Assembly (NCBI GenBank): GCA_010909165.1
Contig: VJWM01000351.1
Coordinates: 1-44,712 of the forward strand
Length of the DNA stretch: 44,712 bases
Source of the DNA: Anthoceros angustus
Lineage: Eukaryota; Plantae; Anthocerotophyta
Direction: 5' to 3'
The notes beneath the pieces are model-generated. The model made no database searches, was not told the DNA's origin, and was given only the letters and a program-made list of their open reading frames with translations. Positions 35,150 to 44,712 of this stretch are shown here, piece after piece; positions within the stretch are counted from its first letter, which is position 1; the number at the start of each line of letters is the position of its first letter. The translations under genes were made by a program, and so were the position numbers.

Positions 35150-37016
35150 ATTTCGGGCCTTAACTCCGCTTATCTCCCTCTCCAGACGGGGCAACTGCTC
35201 CGCGTGGGTTCGCCAGCCCTTCTCCATCTCGGCGCCCCGCCTCCTGTTCCATCGCCGCCTCCGTCCGGGCCAACAGAGCTGGAGCAGCTCTATTTCCGCT
35301 TCCTGCTGCCCGAACGCCCCGCATCTACCATTCCTCTCAATGGTAGTTTGCCGCGGCCTCAAGGTCTCCTGCGGTCTTCCATCTCCCCCGCCGCTTCCAC
35401 CTCACGGAGCCGAGTCGAGATCCTCCATCTCCTTGTCGCGGGCTTCACAGGCTGGGCCGCGCTTGCTCCGCGCGCCCTGCATCTTCGTGCGTGGAGGCGC
35501 CATTCTCGCTCAAGTCTTGGACTCTCGTTGAGAACCCTTGCGCCGACGCTGCCTTGGGTTGTAACTCCAAGGTGTCCTGTTGCCTCCGCCTCGGCCTCCT
35601 TCTACCTCCTGCAGTGCGTACAGGGTCCCGATTTCGGTGCTGGCCTCTAGTGTTTCGCTCGGCCAGTCTGTGCTGCTCTCGCTTTGCCGCCTGGCCTTCG
35701 ATTGGCCGTGGCTACTCCACCGCCTCCCTCCACGCCCGATCACGCTGATAGTGATCGCGGTGGCTTGCCGGCCGCCTCGCCACCTTCACCGAGCTTCTCG
35801 CTTGGCTCTGGTCTAGAGTGCCTCCGCCAGGTCCCGAGCTCCTCCGCTTGCGCCCGGCCTCTTCCGCCTCTCGCGCTACCCTCCGCAGAGGTCCTCAGCT
35901 TGGGCCTCCTTAGCTGCTTAGCTCCTCCACTGAAGGAATTTAGTCCGTCCTTGCGGATGGACGAGACCCCTCTCGCCTCCCGGCGCTTCCTTCCTCAATT
36001 CGCCGAGAGCCCTTCCTCCTTGCCTCACAGGCCCCCTCCAAGCCTCCTGGAGGAGTACCATGCGCCTGGTGGCTTCTACCTCCGGGTCTTCTCGGCCATC
36101 CCGCAGAGACCCCAAAGCATACCGTCCATGACGGTAGCCAGACCCGCCGTGGTTTCTTCCACGGCCGCCACCGTGAGGCTCCACAAAGTCCGTAGTGGAG
36201 CCGCATTCATGTCCGCCAGGACCTCCCACAGTAGTCCGGAGTAAGTCCCATGGGTTCTCGGACCTAATCGGGACCCTTAGGTCCCGAGTCTTTGAGCTCG
36301 AGCTTCACCCTCCTTGGCCTTGGCGAGCTCCTTCTCCGCCTTTTCTCCACGGGGCTGAGGAGGTGAGGGGTCCGGAGCAAGCCCTTTGCCCCTTCACAGC
36401 CGGAGGCAGGCCCGGCTCCGGTGCAGGCTGCGGTGTCCTCTGCTCCTCAGGGCGTCCCTTCGCCTCCTTACACTTCCTCCGCTTCTTGCCGCTCAGGTAG
36501 GCGAGGGTAGTCTTGGCACCGTCTGAGGTGCCTGTGCGCGACTTCTTGGCCAGCGGGCGCACAATCCCAGTGTCGTTGTAGGAAGGGTCCGTTCCCGAGA
36601 TGGTCTCGTGCTTGTCTGCCCTGAGCTCTACGACCTATCGCCTGAGCGGACTTCATCAGAGATTTGGGTCGGCGCCAGCTCCACAACCCTAAGTGTGTGC
36701 CCTCCACAACTCGTCGGACCGGTAGCAGCGACCAGGACCTTCCCACAAACCCCCGCCTTCAGTTTCTCGATTCTACCTGGAGCAGGTTTAACGACGTTCC
36801 TTCGCCGCCCACGACTTAGCGCCCAGCGCTCCCTCAACTCTGCTCGGCCACAACTCCACCTCAACACACACGCCGTAACACGACCCTTCTCCCTTATCCA
36901 TTTCCAGCTAGTAGTCACAACACCAACACACCGATGTATTCACACCGGGCCGCCTTTGCCCCTTTCCTTCCTACCGTTCTGCGGGTAGCTTTGCGACTGC
37001 AACCCCACTCCAAGCA

Positions 37017-37580
37017 GTGACCTCCAAGGATGGCTCCGCCTGACAGGTCACCCCAAGCGCCTCCTAATCCCCTCCGAAGCCCTTCACGTTATGCGGAGAA
37101 GTGGCTTCAGCCCCACATCCACGACCTCGGTTCCATCAGCCTCAAGGATGGCTTCCGCCCAATGAGTCACCCCTAAGCGCCTCCTAATCCCCTCCGGCTG
37201 CACTTCACGTTAGAAGTGGCTTCGCACCTGCATCCCCGACCTCAGTTCCAGCCTCAAGGATGGCTTCCGCCTGACAGTCGCCAGCGCCTCCCATCCTCGG
37301 CCGCTTCACGTTGAGAAGTGGCTTGCATGCATCCCCACCTCCTCCGCCTCCAAGGATGGCTTCCGTGACAGTCACCCCAAGCGCCTCCTAATCCCCTCCT
37401 GCTTCACGTTGCGGAGAAGTGGCTTCACTGCATCCCCGACCTCCGTTCAGTGACCTCCAAGGATGGCTTCCGCCAAAGCAGTCGCCCCCAAGCGCCTCCT
37501 AATCCCCTCGGGCACTTCACGCTCGGAGAAGTGGCTTCATGACTACATCCCCACGCCTCAGTTCCAAGACCTCCAAGGTT
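37017..37580. repeat. About 5 tandem copies of a 105-120-bp unit within the LTR
   Basis: CCTCCAAGGATGGCTTCCG...CAAGCGCCTCCTAATCCCCTC...GAGAAGTGGCTTC recurs at about 37017, 37138, 37250, 37345 and 37449. Confidence 0.9.
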
Positions 37581-37949
37581 AGTCTCAGAAATCACCCGCG
37601 AGCACCTCCCGAGCTCGGTCCGACCCAGTGCACCCATCAAGCGTGTTGCGGAGCTCGTCACGAGCTCTAAACACATCCCTCTACCACCAATTAATCTGCA
37701 CGGTGGCGGAACTCACTCCGCTCCTCGAGCACAAGGCAAGAAGCACGGAGCGCGAAGATGCGGATAGTGCCGTCTTGGGCCTTGAGCCTTCCCATATACT
37801 CCCATACCTAACCTAACCTTTATGCTTGTAACCCTCCTGCTATGTATGTACTAACCCATTAGTAGTAACCGGGCGTAGCTCATCACTGCGCCCGGACTTC
37901 TTGCACCACTTCCAAAGCAGAGATCCATGCGAGCGATGCCACCAAACCT

Positions 37950-38265
37950 AACCACCCGGCACCACTCGGTCGGACCGCCCGGGCGGACCACTCCGTGACC
38001 TATGAGGGCCGGACCACCCACTGACCTCGCCCGGATACCCCTCCGTCGGACCTGAGACCGACCACTCGTCGGACCTAAGACGGACCACTCCATCGGACCT
38101 CGCCGGATGACCTCGTCGGACCTCGACGGACCACTCCGTCCGGACCTCGCAAGGACGGACCACTCCATCGACCTCGATGACCACTCCGTCGACCCCGCCC
38201 GATGATGACCACTCCTCGCCGGACGGACCTTTTCTTTGGACCTCGCCCGACAGACCACTCCGTCC
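37950..38265. repeat. About 11 degenerate 20-27-bp repeats (GGACCACTCCGTCGGACCT-like)
   Basis: Direct inspection of the sequence. Confidence 0.88.
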
Positions 38266-38718
38266 TCCAACGGACCGAGGGTCAGGGATTGGCGTCCGCC
38301 GAAATGGCCGCTGGCTAACTCCTCCCTATCCCTCTTATAAAGAACGACCAAAAAAAGCGCCAATACGGACATGATTTGGCACTCCACAGCGTTGGTAGAC
38401 GCTGCCTTGCTCTCTGCTCTCCTGGTCCCGCGGGCCCGCTGGTGGGTTGTGGCCGGTGGCTGGCTATTGGAGTTGGGGCGCCGCCGCCTGGGCACTCGCA
38501 CCAAAGGAGGGAAGCGATTTCTCCCATACTTCCCCGGGTGGTGAGGGGGTCCGCCTGCACGTATGGAGTCCGACCCTCCGCCGCTCCTCCGGTCCGCTTT
38601 GGCCTTCGAGGGTTTGCCCCCACCTCGGGCGCCTTGCCCGCCCACTTCCCAAGGGCCTCCCTTTCCGAGCGCCAAGCTCTCCCTCCTTCAGAGCTCAAAT
38701 GTCCCCATACATGGATCG

Positions 38719-39945
38719 TGTATGGGGATGTGATGGCGAGGCTTCGCCTCCCGAGCTTGGGCCTCCTCGACTAAACCGGCGAAGATAATCCTTCCCCCGC
38801 CTCTCTTCCCTCAGAGCGCATGCAGAATACTAATAGTTATCACCAAGGTGATCCACCTTGGTGAGGTGTTCCAATGGACAATGATCCGGCTACCGCCTTA
38901 CTCGACCGCCAAAGCAGTCGGATATCAACCAGCTGGTGGTCCTCTCTGCCTGTGCCTCAAAGATCGCTGCTGCCGCCCTATCTTCCCCTTCGCCTTGAGG
39001 GGCCCGCACCACACCCCTTCTTCCTCCTTTGGGCGGTAGGTCCCTGACCTCCAAGGTCCATCGCCTGGTCCTCCCGAGGTTCTTGACCGCAACCTCCTTG
39101 TTGACCGCCGCCAACATCTTCCCGGCGAACTCCCGACCAGAGTGACGCCGAACGCCCGCACTGCCGAACACATCCAGTGCCACCTCCACTAATTCTCCCG
39201 CCTCCGCCAGGCCCAAAGTCCGGATAGCGCCGGTCACAATGTTGCGCCCACGAGGTTCCATGGCTCCCAAACTTCCGCAGGCTTTTGGGTGCCATCGCCT
39301 TCGCCTCCTCGCCGTAGCCGACCGAGTTCACCGCACGATGCGCCTCGCCGCTCGCCTCCAACCCCGGCTGAACCACGCCGAAGGTGCTTGGGCGCCAAAG
39401 AGATAGCGCCAGAGAGCCGGGAGCGCAAGAGATCGAATTGTCTCGAGGTCACAGCGACCTTCCTTCGCGCCGGAGTAACTGGGCGGAAGGCGCTCGTCCA
39501 GAATCGCGAGGTCTCGCATGGCTTATTTCGACCTTACGCCCGCTTACTCGCTTTACGCCTGCCTTACGCCGCCACGACTGCCCACGCCGCGGGCGTGAAT
39601 ACCGCTATAACGGCCCTCGGCTACGGCCTGCCACTGCATGCCCGACCTCCACTGTGGCTGGCCCACGGGGCGCCTAGTCCGTCTCACGGCTCAACTTCTA
39701 AGTTATCCGCGATTTATCCCGCTTTGACTGGAGTGGGTCCGGACTTATCCTGCCCCGACGTAGTCCCCGCCATAGTAGGTCCGGCACGTTGCCCACTCGA
39801 GTCCGAGTATACTCCGAGTGCAACCGAGTGCTATCCATGCTTATTCCTCCTTTTCCGCCTTATTTTATCCTCCGCTCCTACGAAAAAAACAAAACCCTAC
39901 TTATTTCTTAATCCCCAAGGGAAGTCCGTAGTCCACATGTTCACA
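38719..39945 (-). mobile_element. Unclassified element end starting TGTGAACATGTGGAC (minus strand), with a leader and a frameshifted ORF
   Basis: Sharp junction with Ty3 coding sequence at 39945/39946. Minus-strand frames LPALWRYLFG...IVTGAIRTLGL...LVEVALDVF...FAGKMLAAVNKEV. Confidence 0.45.
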
Positions 39946-40204
39946 AGGCTGAGGTGTGGGAAGAAACCGAAGAACTAACAAGGGAGGAAATTCCGGACGC
40001 AGAAGAGGCGGATGCTTGCCTGTATGTCAGGAGCACAAGGCAATTGACACAAGCGCTGACACGGGAACATCTCCGGCAGAGAGTGGTTCAGGAGTGTCCC
40101 TTAACGCACGAGTGCCCAGAAAACAGCATACCGAAAACGCTAGTTTTGAATCCGGCCAAGCTGCGGGTCAACAACAAGGTGATTCGGTGGAAGGTGGGAG
40201 GACG

Positions 40205-41050
40205 GGCATTCATCTCATGGAACTTTGCTCGGGATCAGTGGAGCGGTGTTGAGCGGCATTCGGATAAAGAAATACACATGTGTCGAATCGGATGAAAGGC
40301 GTGGTGGGGACTAGAATCATGCGGATGCAAGGAACACGCATTGATTAGTAGAGAAGCGATCAAGGGATGCCAAAGCCGGTTACCTGCAGACATCTTGTTA
40401 GTGGGAAAGCGTCAAATTGATGCCCTTGGATGCAAGGTGGATATGTTGATTGTGTTAGAATGCGAGGAACTTTTCGAGCCGTGGCTCGCAATGGCATGGA
40501 ATTAGCAGTCATCCCGATTCGAGGAAGTGCAAGCGACCAACCCTTCCTGCTGGTACCTACCGAAAACGCGTGTGGTGCATTCGACGCGTGAAGACGTCCG
40601 GAAACAACACGGCAACCCGTAGGACCGGCTGAGAAGAATTCATTGTGTGACGCCGTGCAGCACGGTTCATATGCACATCGGGCGAAGCTTCCGGACCAAT
40701 GTTGGCGGTGACATCCACGAGGCATCACCGCTGATTGCAACGCTATGTAAAGGACATTCGGGTCGGGCTAATGCCACAAGCTGCACGTAAGGGAGATAAA
40801 GTACCCCATTATCCGATTGAACGAGGTGGGAAAGCCAAGAAGGCGTGGCCCACACTCGTAAGACCGGCAATCTATGCGTTTAGGAAAGGGGAGAAGGCAT
40901 GGTCTTACAAAGGAAATGAAGTAGGAGCCAACGAGCAACAGAGGGAACGCGTTAGCCATGGACGGTGATGGCACTTGCACGCTGTGTGTGGAATCGCCCG
41001 ATGCGAGTTGATCGGGCAAGCCACATGACTTGCATGCAATGGTTGATCAA
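40205..41050 (+). pseudogene. C5-cytosine DNA methyltransferase (DNMT3-like) domain inside Ty3 pol, frameshifted
   Basis: Motif I HLMELCSG (ELCSG 40220-40234); KKYTCVESD; RLPADI; motif IV region VDMLIVLECE (EC 40458-40463); motif VI ENA (40562-40570); motif VIII DAVQHGSYAHRAK (40649-40687); AWPTLV (40843-40860); motif X region RCELIGQA (40999-41022). All are in canonical order across frames. Confidence 0.85.
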
Positions 41051-41189
41051 CTGCGGGTTTGGCGTCTGAGATAGCCATGAGCCGTGAGAATGGGGAGCCA
41101 GATCGTGAAAGTGAACTTACCTCCGCCTCGAAGAAACAAGAACGTGCCGCCAACACAGCAGCCTCTGCTACTTTGCCACGAGAAAGGAA

Positions 41190-42520
41190 CTATGAGAATG
41201 CGGTCGATGATTGGCAGATATGTGAAGATTTGCAACCAGCTGAACGACAGAGGATCCGAGACATGTTACTCAGAAATCGTGGTACCTTCGCGTTCAGTTG
41301 GGCCGAACTAGGGCAATATGACCGTATCAAGTTCAAGATCACTACCACCACCAATGAACCCTGTTCAAGAAGACACAAACTAAGTCCCATGGAATGGGAC
41401 ATCAGACAAGCGGTGCAAGGAACTAGCCTAGGCTAATCAAGTCAACATCGCAATATCCGCAGCTCCTTTGCCACTCAAGAAGGATGAACATGGGGAATGG
41501 AAGGATAGGAGAATGTGGGGACTAGAGCTCGAATGAAATAACGCCCATGGAGCGGTATCCCATGCCCACGTTTGATGAGATCTTTGACGCCATTGGTGAA
41601 GCCAAGCACTTCACCACCCTTGACTTTCGATCCGGGTTCAATCAGATAGTGATTGAGGAGGAGGACAAGTGCAAGACAGTTTTGGGGCAAGAGCGCTATG
41701 GGAATGGGAGACCATGCCGTGATTGAAGAATGCATCCATATATTTTCAACGCGGTGACTTGGAATTGCAAGGGTGGCGTCAAGTGTTACATCGATTACAG
41801 TGTTGACAATAACTGGAGGAACACATTGAGCACTTAGAGGTGCTGCAGCGGCCAACTGGATTGAAGGCCCATCCCAAGAATGCAAGTTCGCAGGGGAGAT
41901 TGAATACCTAGGGCACAAGATTGTGCCGGGGCCGCCACAATTGGCCAAAGTACAAGCGATGAGTCTCATGCCCGGACCAAAGGATGTGGCCTTGAGGGCG
42001 TTCACAGGCTTGGTGAACTATTATCCCGGTTTGTAAGGGACATGAGCAGAACTCAAGCCACTATATGAGCTACTCAAAAGGGAAACTCGGTGGCAGGGAG
42101 GAGCAAGAGCAAGCGTGGCAGAGTTGAAAGAGCGGCGAGAGGTAATGCTTAAGAGGCCCAACCGACAGCCCTTCGTCCCATACACGGATTGGAGGTCAGA
42201 GGCATGCCGTGCGCCCGGCAGATGAGGAAGGAAGAGAGCGGGTTGTGGCGTGCGGCAGGTCGAATAACACCGCGAGGCCAAATATTCGCCTTATGAAGGG
42301 GAGTGCCTTGCAGGGGCCTTACACTTAGAGTATACCTATTTGGTCGAAGTTTTCAGTTGGTCACGGATCACCAGCCATTACACTGGCTGATGACCAATAT
42401 GAAGCTAAGCGGGAAGCTTGCCAGGTGGGCTCTCCTGCTATCTGAGTATGATATGCAAATTGTGCACCGCGCTGGAAAAGTACACCTCAACGCCGATGGG
42501 CTCAGCAGGAACCCGATGTG
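41190..42520 (+). pseudogene. Ty3 reverse transcriptase and RNase H
   Basis: KKDEHGEWKDRRM; RYPMPTFDEIFDAIGEAKHFTTLDFRSGFNQI; EYLGHKIV; GLVNYY; YTDW; YEGECLA; FQLVTDHQPLHWLM...LARWALLLSEYD...NADGLSR. Confidence 0.95.
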
Positions 42521-42649
42521 TGGGGCAGAAGATACCATTGGGGCGAGACAAGACTTCGGATCTGTGCAACATTTGCCCAGTGGGTATTTGGCGATGCTAT
42601 CCTTGGAGTCAGGCAGTGATCAACAGCCGTCAGAAGGAGGTCGAGATAT

Positions 42650-43780
42650 ATGGAAGCTCGAGCATGCCATTCAATATGGGATGGGCATGTGTGTGGACAC
42701 AATGTCACTCCGGTAATGACGATTGCTCGCTATACATACAAAGACGGCAAGGTATGTGGTTGATCGAGGGGTGAGGGAGGTGCCACCGTCGGGGAGCGAA
42801 GATCACTAGTGACCAAGATACATAACGTTGGGGCATTTTGGTGCCAAGAGAACACATCACATGTTGAAAAGTACATACTTTTGGTCGTATGCGGATGTAG
42901 AGCAAGTGGTTTGCATGTGATGCGTGAAGGCGAGGTTCAACGTGATGTGGTGCTACATTCACGCCCATCGGGACTATTCTTTCGGTGGTCACTTGATTTG
43001 ATGCCCGAATTGCCGCGACCAAGCAAGGCAACAAGCACGCATGTTGATGATAGAGCACTTTTCAAGTGGGTGGAACTAGCCTTTCTCCCGGTCGAGCTCC
43101 ACGCATACGCCCGCCAGCGTTCAGCAGTTCGCAGAGCGGAAGGCGTGAGGTGTTGGACCAAGGCAATGAGTTCGCGGTGAGTTCCAAGCATTGTCGGATC
43201 GGAGCTTGATACCACCGCCGCACATCTCGGATCATCCTCGTCGACGATTGGCGTAACGGCAAACTTTTAAGGGCGCCGCAAATAATCGCACCGAGGTTGA
43301 GACCGATTGGGATGAGTTGTTGCCATATGTTGCATTAGGATCAGGATCGGTGTGCTTTGGGCAACTTCAGCCCATATTTCATCATGTTTGGGCGGAATCT
43401 TTGTCACATGCCAAACATTGTGGCGTAGACCTATTCTAAACCGAGATTGGGGCAATCCGGAGGAATGTTTCTGAATTACAAAATCGCCCAAGTTGTTTCA
43501 ATGGTAATTCCCATGGCCATGGATAACCCATTGCCATTGCCTTGTCCAACTCGATATGCCTTTACGCCGAGGTGGCTCATGGAAACCCAAGGCGAGGAAA
43601 TTCAAGTAGGGGACTTTGTTATTTACAACACCGACCATCGCACGTTGGATGTAAGCCTTTGGGCGCTTGATTTTGCGGTGGTGAATGTGGGTGAGCAGTG
43701 TCATTGAATTGGAAGGTCGGGACGGACGACGCTGTGGAAGAACACATGCGTCACTTGGCACCATGCCACTTGGAACTTGG
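42650..43780 (+). pseudogene. Ty3 integrase
   Basis: GHFGAKRT...YFW; FRWSLDL; IEHFSKWVEL; SPYFIMFGR; IQVGDFV. Confidence 0.9.
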
Positions 43781-43814
43781 ACACGAGGACTCGCCCATGT
43801 GCATGGAAACCACC

Positions 43815-43920
43815 AATTGACTTGCCTTGCGAACTTTGTGGCCACATTACGGACCCGGAGCTGGGTAGATGCAAGCTTTGGTGTTCCATACAAGTGTGCA
43901 ACGGATGCAACACGGTTTTT
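43815..43920 (+). pseudogene. Truncated PHD-like Cys-rich finger at the pol C-terminus
   Basis: DLPCELCGH...CKLWC...VCNGCNTVF, cut where the PHD His would be expected. Confidence 0.6.
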
Positions 43921-44712
43921 TGTCCACATGTGGACATGTTATTGAAGGAAAAATTTTAAATATTGTAATTTTGATCCGAATGGCTTGAAACTTTTCAGGC
44001 TAAGAGTCACCCAAATGTCAGTGGTACAAAAAAAATTCCAGCGCAAAATAAGTAGGATTAGGCTTTGAACTATATTCACGGGTATTCCCTTTGAAGGTAG
44101 CATACCACTAGATATGGTACAGTGAGTCCACATCAAAAACGGGGAGAGAATATCAAAATTTGAATGTGCGTGTAGATGTTCTCTCTTAATGGAAGAGGGA
44201 GTCTAGTTTTGTCAAAGAGTTTACGGTGGGGAACTCACTTAACATTTAAAATTCAAACCCTCCATACCCTCTTCGCCAAGGAGATGATGGGGCAAACTGC
44301 TTCTCTCCCGCCGATCCTCGGAAGGCTGCCGGCTCACGACACTTGTCACAGATCCTAAGTGGTTTGCTTGGCAAACAACTCAAGAGATGGCTCCAACGCG
44401 CAACAACGGCCGATGCCGACGTCACGACGGGCGAACCTCTCAAGGTCTTCGTATGACCACCTAGATACCCGAACGGCATATTCGAGGATCTGCAACCACT
44501 GCCCGCACGGCCTCAGGATTTCGCCAGAGCTTGGTCTCTAAGCCTACCGGACGGCGATATGAAGAGATTGTCTATGCACTCCACCTCCCGCCCGAGCGAT
44601 ACGAGTGGGCCCGCTTCTTCATCGAAGTCCTCGAGAGGAAGCAGGGCAGGGCAGGAATGAAGTGCCTGCAGGAACTCCTCGGAGAACTCTCGTTCACCGA
44701 GGCATGCGCTGA
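43921..44712 (+). mobile_element. Start of an unclassified element beginning TGTCCACATGTGGAC, with an AT-rich leader and a degenerate ORF running off the window
   Basis: Abrupt compositional switch after 43921; frame ...LVTDPKWFAWQ...YEEIVYALHLPPERYEWARFFIEVLERK... Confidence 0.45.

Larger units (their letters stand above)
31249..36532 (-). pseudogene. Degenerate charged/coiled-coil ORF of an unclassified host element, split by the EnSpm-like insertion (parts 31249-31612 and 35153-36532)
   Basis: GC-rich sequence rejoins across the ATT TSD, and minus-strand E/R/A-rich frames occur on both sides. Confidence 0.4.
36533..38711 (-). mobile_element. Probable solo-type LTR (about 2.2 kb) related to the LTR at 27488/29975
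   Basis: The first about 65 bp match the other LTR end (TGTGCGCGACTTC...GCGCACAATCC...GTGTCGTTGTAGGAAG.GTCCGTTCCC). Ends CCCCATACA. No PBS and no matching TSD seen. Confidence 0.6.
39946..43920 (+). mobile_element. Ty3/Gypsy pol fragment with domain order DNMT-RT-RH-INT-PHD-like; both ends cut off
   Basis: See the individual domain entries. No gag, protease or LTR is visible within these bounds. Confidence 0.92.

Noticed and set aside
36505-36532. PBS next to the 36533 LTR
   Set aside because: The sequence GGCACCTCAGACGG lacks the TGG start and does not match the tRNA-Asp PBS of the related family.
38829-38864. Helitron 3' end (hairpin plus CTRR)
   Set aside because: No CTRR at a suitable distance on either strand and no 5' TC/AT junction found.

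Overview
Eukaryotic, plant-type window. Short GT-AG introns and GC-rich genes suggest a bryophyte, lycophyte or streptophyte alga (inference only). A two-gene island at about 14.4-18.4 kb holds a 7-exon WAT1/UMAMIT-family transporter and a 2-exon LEA_4-type protein with an ABRE/TATA promoter, between two nests of transposable elements. Left nest: a degraded RTEX-like LINE, split in ORF2 by a 6.5-kb TIR DNA element (11-bp TIR, TTAT TSD) and carrying a CRE-like RLE retrotransposon in its 3' UTR. Right nest: a minus-strand non-chromovirus Ty3 element with a tRNA-Asp PBS and internal duplications, a non-autonomous EnSpm/CACTA-like element (CCCTA ends, ATT TSD), a related solo-type LTR, and a plus-strand Ty3 pol. 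That pol encodes a DNMT3-like C5-cytosine methyltransferase domain upstream of RT and a truncated PHD-like finger after integrase, the most notable signal here. The right half is rich in small indels, so some frameshifts may be consensus errors rather than decay. All protein assignments come from manual translation and motif recognition; no database searches were run.
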